Source: Tubiluchus corallicola
Lineage: Eukaryota; Animalia; Priapulida
Reading direction: 5' to 3'
DNA: 64,000 nucleotides
Assembly: GCA_030141605.1 (NCBI GenBank)
Contig: JAQGDQ010000687.1
Coordinates: 1-64,000, forward strand
Numbering within the stretch: the first letter of the stretch is position 1; each line of letters begins with the position of its first letter. This document shows, in pieces, positions 1-13,339 of the stretch. Made by a program: the position numbers and the translations under genes. Under the pieces are notes generated by a model that had not been told where the DNA came from, searched no databases, and saw only the letters and a list, made by a program, of their open reading frames with translations.

Positions 1-2747
1 ATAAATATCATAAACTTAATAATAAATGAAAACAAATAGCTTTGACACAGGTTATAACATGTTAACAACTCTAAAAATGTTACCAGCCACTATCAAACTT
101 AAATGTATTTATAATTTACATACTTCAGACAATCACATTACGAATTTCAGAGATATATGCTTCGACATTAAAATGTTACTCGACATATATGTTCCTTGAC
201 ATTAAAATATTTTGAGTAAATTTACACCCATCAATTTTTATTTTATGACTATTGCATTTAAAATAAATTGCACAATAGAAATAACTGTATTCCCATTTGA
301 TCAAGTACTGCTTTAAGATAAAGTTGTAAAAAATTTCCTTACAAAATTAATGAAAAACCAAGGTGATGTACAGTTTGTGTTTGCTTTAACACAATAAAAT
401 TTGTTGCTGATGTTCAACTTGGTCGCAGGCTTAGGTATATTGCAGGCAAGAGTTGCAAAAAACGATTTTAATCATTTTTAATTGACATTTGTTAGTAAAC
501 GCAATAAAATTGGGTACATCTCATTTCATTTTTAACTAATAAAACAGTGAAAACTTAATAATTCAAACACGTATTAAGCAACTAGTCTTATAGGTTCGGC
601 CTACCCAGCTGAAAATAAGTGTAAATGAGAAAAGATTACAGATGGCTTAAGATTGGCATAGATTTAAAATGGGGATCTTTGATTCACAATGTGCACTAAA
701 TTACATAGTCCAAGAACGTGGAATATGTTTGCTTAACTTGGAAGAGTTCATTTACCTATTCAAGTTAAGCTGCTTAATTAATCAAATTATTCATCAGCTC
801 AGATAGGGCTCAAAATTTAAAGCCAGATTTAACCCACCCAAAAATATGGTTTGTCTGGCTAATTCAACACCTTCCACCCCACTGGACAGTTCAATGTTTA
901 CAATGACTAGTGGCTACAGTATGCTTTAACCATTGTTTTCTTACTCCAAAAAGTGATGCCATATTTGGCAGTACTAATAAATCATTTTTAAATATATCTG
1001 GGGATGTATAATAACTTAATTTGAGCATTATTTACATTCTTCACATCAAAATTCCTATGAATTGATCTGATCATACATCTGAGCAAAGTACAACATTAGG
1101 TAAATGCTCCAGCACATGCAGATAGGCAACCAAATGACACAGAAACTCACTGCTTGCCGACCTACAGAATGACTAAATGTACAACAGTGATTGAAGTTCC
1201 GACTACGGACTAAATATACTCTGTAACTCACTCCGCACATAACTGAGACAAACCGAATGCATGCTGATCTTCAGAGCAGTTATGGCAAAGTAAACATCTT
1301 TCCATGTGACTATGACTGAAAGAGATGTATCAGGTAATGGGACTAAAATTTCAACTGCATTTCTGCAACTACTTTTTTGCATTTCAGTACATTTTGAGGG
1401 CATCTGAGAGCACTTTCAACTTTGATTCCATTTTTTACATGCTTCCACTTTTGTTTTTGTCGAACTTGTAATTAAAAATATCGAACTTCATTCAGAACAA
1501 CTCAGGCCATTCTAATTATTAATGATAAGATAAGCAAATACTTCTAAGCATAGTACATAATACTGCTTTACAACACTGACAGAACAGTTTGGGCCATTCT
1601 GTTTAGCAGCAAGATGAGCAAAAACATGCATTCAAAGTGCAAAAAATAAGTAAAATACAGTGTCGTTCAAGAAAGCAGGCTGTTAATAGATGTTTTACTG
1701 GTATATTTTGTATAGTTGACAATTTGTCATTAACAAACTGTGGGCTAAATAAATATACATGTGTGAAAACACTCTCTTTTATTATTTTATGCTATCTAGC
1801 CTGCCAATTTCAGGTTTAATTTAACTGGTGGTTCGAATTATTTGTGAGCAGGAAACACACTTTCTTGGCAGTTATTGTAATAAAGAAAAGAGCATCTGCG
1901 ACCGGTAAAGGAATATGTAGGATATTCCACAATAAGTCCTAATTCATAAAACCAAAACCTATATTGTTATAAAATTTTATGCATTTAAAGTGGTTCAGGT
2001 TATTTTTACCTTAACTGCATAAGTATTAACAGTATTAATATTGCTTCTGTGAAAAAGCATATACACAGCCTTAGCAAGAAGCTTTAAAGGAAAAGTCAAC
2101 CATAAAGTGCATTGGCTTAGCTTTGGCACCTATTCTAGGGTTTCAAGTCTATCATCTGCCCAACGTTTGAGTGGTTGTTTGAAATTATCTATGAATAACT
2201 TTGGGACAATTTATTGCATTTTGATAAATCTCCCCTAAAACATACATAATACATTACTAGTATACTGAATTCTCATTCAAACACGAATTAAAAGGCTAAT
2301 TAAAATGCCAGTTTTCTGAAAATAAAAATCTGAAAGAGCAAAATAAATTAAATACTGTAATACTATTACAAAAATACAGACCTTGGGTGGAGGGTAAGGG
2401 GAGGGTCTTCAGTAGTATAAGGGAGATTTGCAGAGGTATACACCACTGAGTTTCAATGTTAAAAAAAGGCTCTGGCGATATGATATGATGTTTTTTTACA
2501 TTATGCTGCAGCTCATAAACGTAAATTTTAGTATTAACTATTATTTTACTGAGATAACTTTATCTAATTTTGTAGTACCCACTCAAAACTTGTATTTGCA
2601 GTTTCGTTAATAACAATTTCAACTGTGAATGAAATGTTTTATTAAGTTAAATAAATAAGTATTAGTATTTTAACTACAAGTTATGCAAAGTTCTTTGTTA
2701 ATGCAGCCGACACGGTCAGCGTCTAACAGCAGTACCGAATGTCATAC

Positions 2748-2891
2748 ATTTTCACCGGAAACTATGTCTGTAAACGAAGACATGTGCTCTCCACAATAGT
2801 CTGAATTTTCCTTAACTTGCATTCTACAAAAACGATTTTTCCGCTCTACAAAAAAACTACATGATTTAGCCATTTTATTGGCAGCCGCCAT
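2748..2891 (-). CDS. TRMT13: tRNA:m(4)X modification enzyme TRM13 homolog, exon 1 (N-terminal CCCH zinc finger); downstream exons not found, probably left of the window
   Basis: ATG at 2891 gives MAAANKMAKSCSFFVERKNRFCRMQVKENSDYCGEHMSSFTDIVSGEN, followed by donor GTATGA (2747), phase 0. C-x10-C-x10-C-x2-H matches the recalled TRM13 N-terminus (human CGYYVEKKKRFCRM...FCGEH). Missed by the ORF track because it is <60 aa. Confidence 0.85.
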
Positions 2892-3007
2892 GTTTTTTTT
2901 ATGTTAGATGAACTTTGTGAATTATCAGTGCACAGCATAAGCGTAACAGTGACAGAGCATTCCTTGTAATCTATACCGTTTTTAGTCCAGGCAGAACGTA
3001 ATTGTTG

Positions 3008-3102
3008 TAACAACGACGACAACAACAACAATAATAACAGCAGCAGCAACAACAATAACAACAACAGCAGCAGCAGCAATAACAGCAACAGCAACAATAA
3101 CA
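3008..3102. repeat. (AAC/AGC/AAT)n trinucleotide microsatellite just upstream of TRMT13
   Basis: caacgacgacaacaacaacaataataacagcagcagcaac...; this explains the poly-Leu ORF 2846..3103. Confidence 0.95.
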
Positions 3103-3531
3103 TACAAAGTCAGCTTATAAGGCTATAGCGAAGGTTATAAATGGCGTTGCACAGTTTTCCCCACAAGAATTTCTTGAAATGGAACATGGGACTAACTCGT
3201 AGTTATTTGGCCTGGTGGAGATGACAAAAGTGGTAAACAGTCCTTCTGAGACCTCCACGAAGTGCTTCACAAATGTTTTTTGCGTCGTGTATGGTTAAGT
3301 TTTGCGAAAAAAACGTGTATTTTAGCAGCCTATACCCGCCTTCTCCACAAAGTTTCGTGGAAACCTATTAGGTTTTTTGCGTAAAACGCTTACTGTTATA
3401 ACAGACAAAAAACAACTAACCAACCAAACAAACAAACTGTGCCTGAAGCGTATCTCACATATAGAAGTAAAATTAACTATAGTAATTAACCCCACAGTTT
3501 TTCTAATCTTATTTTACTCATATTTGACTAA

Positions 3532-3655
3532 GTGTGCCATTTTTTCCGGCGCCATTTTTACCTGTGCTATGTTTACCTACTTTTCCATTCGTGCCGTTTT
3601 TCATGTATCATTTTTACCATGCCATTTTTTCCTGTGCCATTTTACCTACATTCCG
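3532..3655. repeat. Degenerate ~15-bp tandem repeat (gtgccatttttWcc), probably a MITE remnant
   Basis: Repeated units gtgccattttttcc, gcgccatttttacc, gtgctatgtttacc, gtgccgtttttc, atgccatttttcc, gtgccattttacc. Confidence 0.6.
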
Positions 3656-5099
3656 TTAAAGCCATGATATATAGAAATAAATAGTACCAACAGAGAAGCC
3701 ATATCGGTCAGTTATTCAAGAGTAGACTCTCTCAAAATAAACCTGAAACATAACATAGTCTAAATAATGTTTCCATTGAGTCTGCTTCAAACTAAAAACA
3801 AGCTTTGAAAACTAAACAGAACCTACTGAACTAAAGTGGCTGCAAATAGACAATTATGTTATGTTACGCCACAGCTTAAACAATAGTATTACACAAACTG
3901 AAGTCACGCTCTGAAATGCAATTGTGGACTGACAATGCCCAGGTGGAAAGGCAGCACATCCCGTCGGGGTCAAGAACTAACTTGGAAACCGGAAAACAAC
4001 TGCGTTTGTGAGAATAGTGCGTTGACCCTTTCGTAATTTTTGGTGTGCCATTATGAAGATGACTGCAACGAGATTTTTCATTAAAATGTCAGCTTAAAGT
4101 TTTTCAGCTGATAGCTTTTCAGGATCAAATTTTCTTAATATTATTATGAAAGTATAAAATGTTGCATAGCAAATTAAACTAATATCATTTAACCTATAGC
4201 TGTACTAAAAAGCCGTCCGTGACTACGACTAATTTATTTGTTAAACTAATCCACACGTATTTTCGGCGTATATTGGAAATTAAAAATTAACTTGGCCATT
4301 GAAATTTAATGTTCTTGGTTGCTGCAGTTAACAGCACTTTAACTCATGTTTGTAGTGATTGTTTGTTCAACCTTCTCAGTTGGCTTCAGTTTTTAAAATT
4401 GCAATGCCTTTTCTTTATGCTTAATGGTAAAGTTAACCGCCACTAAAAGGCCTGTTATAAGTGTATGTTTTTAAACATATTTGTTTAATGCTTGAGTAAT
4501 TAAAAACACCACATGCGGGGATGTTTTGTTATATTTTTGTTTGTATCAGTTGTTTCCTTTTTAGAGTGCAAATGTACATATTCTTGTTGCGATTGAGAGC
4601 TTGACAGATAAACTTGCAGACGGTCGCAGATCAATATCTCCCAAAGACATCTCATCCTACCCCACATGCGTAATGGACTATAAACAAATCAGAAAATTAC
4701 AGTAGCATTAACGAGGTATGGCATGTTATATACTTATAACTAACAGTCTTTATTCAAACCCATTTATCACTAAAATGTGATTTTGTGCCATTAACTAAAC
4801 AGTCAAAGTCTTTCTCAAATTTAGATCAAGTAAAAATTTTAATTTGCGACGATTTTTAAACACGCAACTAAATTTACAAAGAGTAAGATGTATTACTAAC
4901 ATTGCTGCAAGTGTTTTACATTTCACTATGTTTTTTTTTGCCACGTAAGCCTTGCTTTTGTTAAAGCTAAAAAACAAAGAAAACTTATTGTCGGTTCATG
5001 TAATCAATATTGATCCACATTATACGTTACAGCAGCTACATGTTTGCTGCAACTTTAAAAGCCTGCGTGGGGTTACATTATCCAGCCAATTTTTTTTAC

Positions 5100-5990
5100 C
5101 GCACGAGTAAATAGGTATTAGCATAATTTTAGCACAACCAACATAGGTAGGTCATTGACCAGGAAATTTAGCCAGAGTTATTAACATTGATTTTATTATG
5201 GCAATTAGCTGGCAATATTTCACACGCAGGTCTGGAATGCCCTTTTTTAATTTGGATGTTAAAACCTTGCTGTTGACGGGGAGCACTTTCTTTGACGTAA
5301 TAACAGCTGTCCGACTTCAGCATTTTTTGACCAGTAACCAGAAGACTGGTCAAACTTGACAGCTAAAGTGCGATCTTTGTGCCTGTTAGACTTCACAAGT
5401 ACTAGAAAAACAGTTTTTTTTAAGCTGGATGATCTACTAAGAGGATAAAAATTAACAATCAGCCAATTGTTCGTACTAGCTAATAATGTTTTTTGTTTCA
5501 CAAGTACCATGGGTTGCATGAGAGCTATTCTGGCTGTTCAGCAACCAAACAAGTCGAATCACTCCAAACTGACCATTCGTGTCTGTGAAGCCCAGTTTTG
5601 TTTGTTCAGTCGTCGATACATCGGTCATGACTCGGCTATTGACGTCATTAATATCAAACTGCCAGGAAACAATGGTTGGCTGACCAATTTCGCCGATATA
5701 TGAAGTGCCACTCGTTTTCCAGGAAAAGTGAGGAAGTTGAATTTAATAAACCACACAAGAACGATGAGAGATTGCATAACAAGTGCCTTACTTTAGTTAC
5801 TTATCCAAATGTAGTCAGGAATTTGATCTTGCCAATCTTACATTTTACTCTTAACCTTCCAGGACAAAAGGATCATCAGTGCATATGTGGGCATCGCAAC
5901 GCTTGCCCATCGTTTCTTCTAAGAAACAGAGATTGTCCCGGATGAAATGGTGTATATGTCATGAAGATGCTACCGGACTCTCTTCACAAA
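5100..5990 (-). mobile_element. Possible highly degenerate DNA-transposase remnant (hAT-like)
   Basis: Coding-like composition. Minus-strand fragments ...FIYRRNWSANHCFLAV and KLGFTDT(R)WS loosely resemble the hAT CxxH and TRW motifs. Many stops and frameshifts. Confidence 0.25.
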
Positions 5991-6084
5991 ACTAATAAAA
6001 TTATGGAGTATGAACACTGCTTTATTATGAATAAAAATCATAGTGGATTTACGCAGTCATGCACTGCGAAGCAGCGGAATGGAA

Positions 6085-6320
6085 AGCAGAAGAAGGAGAA
6101 AAAGAAAAGGATTGTCGTATTGTATAGACATTCTGGTTGATGCTCATAAACTGCCCCATTTTCTGCAAAGGCGCTTGCTTGTTCTCTATGCCTGGTCTTC
6201 TGTCATAAGCATTTACTCGCCTTTCCAGCTGCCTTCGCTTATTTTCTACTGACTTTAATGGCCTGCAAATGAATACCTGTCCCTTTGTTGGATTCTTACA
6301 AATGTGAACTTGATTCTATT
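6085..6320 (-). mobile_element. Degenerate RTE-like LINE 3' end
   Basis: Minus strand SWKGE*MLMTEDQA*RTSKRLC resembles the RTE C-terminal W...A.DR..WR....LC motif and is followed by a TTC/TTTC-rich tail. Confidence 0.3.
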
Positions 6321-6734
6321 CACATCTTTCCGTTTTTGTTCTCTCTAGTATTTGAATAAACAATTATGATAGAAACTAGCAGCGAAACAAGCGTAACAGT
6401 AAAGCAACACATAACGGAGTTGCCGCTATCAAATATAATTGAGCAATTTCAAATTTAGGCTGCTAATATCCTAGACTCCTCCCCTATACTTTCCAAAAAG
6501 GTGCAGCTAATATCGTAATATAACATAGCACTAATCAATCGCATCTTTTAGTGATTTTTGTTCCTTAAGAGGTTTTTAAGTCTGTCATCTGAGGGCCGAG
6601 ACCTACAGCACTGAATTTTAGCAGCCAGCCTTTTCATGTACTTTTCTAGTTTTTACGTCTTCCCACTTAAGGCAGATAGCAATGATATTTATCGTAGTGC
6701 AACAGGCTTCGTGTTTAAATGCCAAAAGATAAAA

Positions 6735-6930
6735 AAAGACAAAGACAAAGACAAGATTTATTTACCGTCGCTCATTTAACACACAACGTTAGCATCAACG
6801 GTTATTTAGCGACTTACACTTAGGACGTTACACACAAACAACCAATAACATGTAGGGTATATGCCCCGCTAGTATCGAACTGAAGACTGCGTGGTTACAG
6901 TCCGAAACCTAAATTCTCGGCCACTCAAAC
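6735..6930 (-). mobile_element. tRNA-derived SINE remnant with (TCTTTG)n tail
   Basis: Minus strand ggactgtaacc...cagttcgatac (anticodon-arm and B-box-like), then AATAAA and a TCTTTG repeat tail at 6735-6755. Confidence 0.5.
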
Positions 6931-8492
6931 CCAGACATTGCCAGTTTGTTGCTTAATTTTGTGCGCGGTAAGCGGTGTACAGAACATAGACTTAATCATT
7001 AAATTATTATTTTTGCCTTGAAATTTTAAGACATTGTACAACTTACACTCGGCGGCAAATATATACTACACCAAAATTTAATACATCTTGTACGGAATGG
7101 CTAAAAAATATAGCTTGCTATAAAATTACATGAAGATGAAACTTATAATTTTATGTTTTTCATGCGAATCATTTCACTGTGTTTTATTATGGGTTTTCAA
7201 TTATTATCTGACAACTAATTAAACTAAGCCACATTTTTTCTGTAATTTTTAACTGATTTCAAAAACTTGCGTAATCTTTCTCAGTAGCAAATCTCCCACG
7301 TTAAATTTCACGGTGCGGTTTCATATTACCAAAGAAATGGTTTTGAAAATGTTGTTGCCTGCTTTTAAGATGTGTAATTAAGCTTTGCTTTGGGAAAAAT
7401 CACACGAAAGACAACAAAACGTCTTATAGCTATATGTAACTTTACCTATTTCCATTCTGTAATACGCCAGTTTTATATTAATAATTAGTCCTATACTGAA
7501 AAATTATTTCCTGTCACTGTGCAGACCTATTTAGGCGAAATGACTAGTGCTATCACAGTATTATGTGACGTGTCGCGAGTGTTCAAAACTATAATGTATG
7601 TCTACATGTATTTACAATTTATCAATACATTTAATTCACAAATCACGACTCTATCGCTTATATAGAGTAGAGGAAGCCCAGTAAAACCAAGTTGGAAAAG
7701 TCACTTAAAAGCATATTGTGCGAAACGGGGATTATTTACAGGTATTATATGTTTGCATTACCAGAAAGGTTATTTTATTTTAATAAAGTTTCACGGAAAA
7801 AATATCAATTGCGTTTGCGAAATTTCTAACAGACACTACCAGGCACTGTAATTGTACACTTTATGAACTGGCTTATATATTTCCACATTTGTTTTTGAAT
7901 TTGGAATTAAGAGCACTTATCAAGCTTGAAGCCACGCTTTTTTAATATTTCTCTAATTAGGCGAAGAAATAGGTCCAAAAAGAAGGCCTAAACAGTAAAT
8001 AAATTCACTCCTGTTCCTAAAGTTACACGTTTTTTTTAATGTGTTCCCGTGATAACGCCTAAATGCGGTGATATTTCAACAATAATGAAAGGGTATTATG
8101 ATAATGCTGTAAACAGTAAGCTAGTTTAACCTGCGATTGCATTTAATTTACCCTTTCAGCCGTTATGATGTTGTGCATCTCAGCGAAAATTAATGAAATC
8201 ATCGTGATGTTTGAACATCAATTAAATTAATCAAATAGACTGAGCGCGCTGTAACAATAATTAAGCTTCTTCGCCTAATTGCGGCGTGAATGTGTATGTG
8301 TGTGTTTGAGACAAACAGATTGAATGCGTCCTGTGATGACGTTGACAAGCGTCAACCTTTTCTGTCATGCGTTGCGAAGGTGTGTGAATGCGTGCCGGGG
8401 GGAAATATCATGAAGCACGCCGTTACGTAGACTATAGCGCTAGTTTACAAGGCATACGTCAGGTGCATAATGGGGGCCAAGTTTAGCGCCTG

Positions 8493-8740
8493 CCAATAGT
8501 TTAGCAGTGAGTGGGATATCTCCTCCGCCTATAAGCTGAAGTTGGAAAGCGATTTGTGCGTCAGTTTGGCGTCTACCTAGCACAGAGTTTTAATCAAATT
8601 AACGTAACAATGATTTTGAGCGTTCATCTAGAGCGATAATGAATTATCGGATTTCGGCAACACTTTGACTGGGGAAAAATTGGTTTGTTGCGAGAAACAG
8701 TTTAGCGCTGATGTAATTGATTATAGAGCAAGTTTCCAAG
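8493..8740 (+). promoter_or_regulatory. Pol II core promoter (CCAAT, TATA, Inr) and putative non-coding first exon
   Basis: CCAAT 8493, TATAAG 8530, TCAGTT initiator 8561 (about 31 bp after TATA), donor AAG|GTGAGC at 8741; only tiny ORFs in the exon. Confidence 0.5.
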
Positions 8741-10324
8741 GTGAGCAGTCTTGTATAGTTGTAATTACTAATTGTTGGTCATCCGAAAATTTATTCCTAA
8801 TTTACTGATATTATGAAATAATGTTTGCTTGTTTATCTGTCTCTTCCCAATTTCTAGGTAAGTGGACAAACGCACAAATAATATAGGCCTTTACTAGAGC
8901 TAATTAATGCTGAGGCCTAGATTTTCAACGAATTGTTTATTTTAAGTAATAGTTGGTATTCTATTATTGGCTAGAAAATCGACTTTTACGACCACTTGCA
9001 TTAAGAACGGAAAACCATAAATAAATGATGGGAAAATTTTAGATTTCGTAATAATTGTTCGGACATAATTATCATAATTTTCGCTGTTATTCGCAGTTTT
9101 AGTTTGAATTTTAAGCTCTAATGCTAACACAAAGGATGCCTGGTTACAGAAGTGTCTGGAATTTTGCCTATTGTTGAAAAAAGTGTCGAAAATCGTTGCT
9201 GCTTATAGAATTTCAGCTTTCAATTTTGGTTTTGCCACCTTGGATATCAAAGGCGAGTGAAATGGTTGAGTGATCATGGTGTGTGTTTATTGGGTCTACT
9301 TACTAAATGGCTAGGTAACTGCCAGTTTAGCTGCTTCTGGATGGTTGCTTCTGCTATCTATTTCCTGCACCGTTTATTTTTTAGAGAGCGGTACGGCGTC
9401 TCGTTTTAAAGATTGTAGCATTGATATTGAGTAAGGTTCTGGTCCTGCTACAACCGTCTACATGATAAGTAGGCTGTACTACTAAATTTTTATACCGGTT
9501 GGCAACATGCCGAGCTGTGCAAAAAAATCAGTTTTTACTAAAATTCGTTTGATTCGATCCTTCTGAAAATGACACTTTTGGTTTCTTAATCTATTTTACA
9601 ATTTTACTTTGCCACTTAAGCTTCATCCTGCTCGGAAATTCGTTTCATGGAATTTGAAACCTGGGGATTCTGTCAGCTTTGTGAATAATACGAAACAAAA
9701 TCACAGTACTGCTCAATCTCGCAATCAGCAGTAAATACTTATTTTACAAAAATTAATGTAGACACATCCCTCAAGACTCATTTTTTCAAACGCTTCATTT
9801 TTGTTTGCTTGAAATATGGTTCACGTTGTGTAGACCACATCCGTAACATTTAAACTGCATTCCCAATTAATATGCATTAATAATTTACCTGGCATCCGAA
9901 ATGCGTTTTGCGTTATCCTCCTGCGGAATAGCTTCGTGTAAAATAGGAATCAATAGAAAATAGCTGCAGAAAAAATAACGCACAACGCACGTCCGATAAA
10001 CGTTGGAAACAACGTAAACCGATTTTATCTATTCCGCATCCGCATAACGCATACGCATTCCGGATGCTACGTAAACGCCGCTCGCATTGAAATGTAATGC
10101 TAATTAGTTGAAATATCGGCATTTGATTCGCGTTTCTCCAGTAAGGTCTTGGGTTCGAACTCTGGCTAATTAATAATTTTAGCGCAATCTTTCTTCAAAA
10201 AGGTACTCGTTATGTCAGCTTTGTTTTATATAAGCCGTTTGCTGCTTAATTAGGGTTTTTACAAGTAAGATCCATGTTCGCAGTTTAATCGGTAGGTATT
10301 GTCCTACGCAATGATCCCAACAAA

Positions 10325-10990
10325 CTATTGTCATAATTATTAAGATTTTGGTGTAGCAAAATCTTACTGTTTTTTATTGACTTATTTATTATTCTTATTT
10401 ATTCTCCACAACTTTAACGCTTAATAACTCGCAAGCCTTGCAAGCTAGGGCCACCAAACTCACAGAGTTGGAGGCCCTGGGCGGGGGACGAACAACTTTG
10501 TGTTGACCACTGACCTATGGCAAAGGGGAATGGCAGTGGGCGTCGGTCATTTTTTCCTATAAATCGCAATTCCTCCTAGGGCTTTCGGTTTTTTACAATT
10601 TTTTTTCACGAGTATTTGGGTACCTTGGGCTAGATCTGCACCTAGGGTTTCAAAAACTGACCATCTTTAAACGCCTGAGGGAGGACCCAAATTGCAAAAA
10701 TTTGGTTCCTTCATTTGGTGACCTTTTACATGTTGAGGGCTAGGGACACAAAACTCGCTCCCTACACTCTCTGGGCAAAGGGAACTACGTGTACATGTGA
10801 CCCGAGTTGCCATGTGACGCCTTGTCAAAGATCACAGAGCGAGTGGGTCTTCATTTAATTTTCTTTAGGATCCATCTGCTCCTATAGCTTTTGAGCTAGG
10901 GTCACAAATATTTGGTATGCGGTTAGGCGGGACCAAGTTCTCGAGTACGGTAGAATATGGGTCACTTGTGTTAGTAAATGATATCAGTGC
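10325..10990. mobile_element. Non-autonomous Helentron/HINE-like dispersed repeat, family A copy 1
   Basis: Terminal hairpin taagattttg..caaaatctta (10341-10366) next to a TTA-rich tract; internal subrepeats; block 10880-10965 is homologous to 23440-23525. Confidence 0.6.
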
Positions 10991-10999
10991 CAGGCATTT

Positions 11000-12190
11000 T
11001 TATGCACGATCCGTCTGACCAAGAGCGAATCAAAATCACATACACAAATATCGTGGTATGCTCGACATAAAACTGACCATCATTCCCCAACAAAATATCA
11101 GTCGAATAGCATACTGTAACAGTACACGGGAATGTGACTGTGCTATCATCAATAAATATTGCGAAAGAATAATTAATGCCTATTTAGATTCAGCAAAACG
11201 CTATGTACCCCAAACAAAAAATATAAATTCCAAATGCAGAGGTAGAAATGTCGCAAGCTGGAATAACGAAGCTGAACCGCTCGCCAACAAGTATTATCAT
11301 GGTGCAATATTAATAGGTCACATAATGGTATAATTGCAGAAATTCGTAGAAATACTCGACCGTGTGATCATTTGAAAATACGGCAGATTTTACGTAATCA
11401 AGATGCCATACGTAATCAAAATTAACAGCAGCCGTAGCATCACATAGTCACGGGAATCCAAGAAATTGAAGCAACACTGTAAAACTGTCCCTAACAATAT
11501 CGATGTCAAATCCGATCAAATCGAAATTGCGAATGACTTCGCCTACGAATTCGGAAAAACTGTATACAAGTATAGGAACACGCTAGACGGCCATCAATGA
11601 AATGTGCCAACGATTTCGTTTCGACACGACAAACGATACTTTACATGTCTAAATAGTCGGAAGTAAAAGTTGTACCCGAAATGTAAAGCGAGGAAAATCT
11701 GATGGTTCACTGGGTCTTGTCAGTGGTAATGTTATAAATAGCATTGATATATTATCGCAGCACAACGATGTGTATTGCCAATATGAGCCACTTACGAACT
11801 TCTTTGTTAAACGAACACTGTCGTTAAAGTTATCAAAATGCGTTGATATGTCTCATAATTCTGTTTTAAACGCACTGTCGATTTCAAACAATCATACTAG
11901 TAATACTACGCTCAAGAAAAACCGAATACTTATGTATAGCAACTCGTGTCATAAAATATGTCGATTCTCGCCCCATGATTACGTTGCTCATGATCTATAT
12001 TGATCAACATTAAACGAAATAGAAATTCCCGGCTTCATCCTCAGTGAAATTAAAAATATGTTACTAACATTGCTGACTAATTGTTTATATATATTAACCC
12101 ATTGTATTGTATTGTCAATTGTAATATTATTGTATTATTTATATTTATTTATGAGTGCTTACATGTGACAATACCCGAATAAATATAGTA
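11000..12190 (+). mobile_element. Degenerate LINE ORF2 fragment (CR1/L2 group) with 3' UTR
   Basis: IINAYLDSAKRYVP...ASWNNEAEP resembles the post-endonuclease linker (P.WN); KRGKSDG..GL-like pre-RT motif near 11690; AT-rich 3' UTR ending in AATAAA near 12180. Confidence 0.6.
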
Positions 12191-13339
12191 CATATTTGGA
12201 GCGGGAAAATTTTCCGCTAGGAGGCAAAAACCGAAAAATGGGGGTCGGGAAAGAACAGAAATGCTTCGAATGTCTTGGATACTACTACGCAGTATATCAA
12301 ATGAACGGTCTCGATTAGACGAATCGAATTGCATAGGTTACAATGAGAATGGTTAACCTGCAACCCCTCTAGGAAACAAAATAGGGGTTGAGGAGACAAA
12401 TTTATCCCAATCTCAACCGAACTAGCTTGTATTACATTAAATGAAAAGCCTGGGGATCAGTTATGCCGAGACTGGTTGACCTCTGACCCCTGGGTTATGT
12501 GTTGAAATGTCACAAGTTGCCATTTCATTATGAAGTGCAGTTCCTATGCATTCACGCAATGCGAATTCAATAAAACAGAGTTAGAACATTCAAAGAAAAC
12601 GCTGGCGTCTTTTCAATGTCCAATTCTGTAACTATGACTGTATTGTTTGCAAAATCTTCGTGGTCAGAAACCTTGTCAGCTAGTCGTACTTGTCTTTGAT
12701 TATCTTGTGAAGCGCATCTACGTATAATTAATCGCAGCTGCTTTAGCGCACAGTCTAGTTATTAATATTAAGCGGCATAAATAATTAAAATGCAATAAAA
12801 TTACTATAATGTTCTAGTCAATCGGGGATGGTCATGTAAATGGTTTACTAATAAAAACCATCATGGCGTGATTGATTTACTTACAAATTACTTTAAAGCA
12901 TCTTCGAAAAAAACCGTTTGCGTTTTCCATTTAAATAATTATAACAGAATGAGATCAAACAAAAAAATATTAATGCGGATAAATAATCTGGCGGGCACTT
13001 TGCTTCGCAGACAGCTACTAATTCCACAGGTTTTGAGGGATTAAATTGATTTTGAGTACAAATCTTCATTTGGTTATAAGCTGCAGTAGGCCTTTTAGCT
13101 TACTAATGTCTTGAGCAGGATAAAGTTGCAAAAAATATTTTGTTCTTCTGATTACTAACTTATTTTAAGAGAAGGGCAAAAGAAACTTCCCTTTAGCTTA
13201 AGAGTACGATTAGCAGACTGATTGGTACTTCGAATCTCTCGAACTCGATCTTACGGAGTTAACATGCTCTGTTGCGTAAAGGAGGCCTGCCAGCGTCTCT
13301 ACTAATTAAGATAACTTAAATAATTTAACATTGCCCCTG

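Noticed and set aside
1055-1500. Cys-rich minus-strand fragments (TNFR-like, or hAT dimerisation-like LPDTS..ERC)
   Set aside because: Stops in every frame and two incompatible weak resemblances; not TRMT13 exon 2 (no CPLDP motif)
2846-3103. Poly-Leu ORF that looks like a signal peptide
   Set aside because: It is a translation of the AAC/AGC microsatellite; the real CDS here is TRMT13 in another frame
10140-10170. GGTTCGAACTC B-box suggesting a tRNA gene (similar A-box-like fragment near 29200)
   Set aside because: No cloverleaf or acceptor stem; at most SINE remnants
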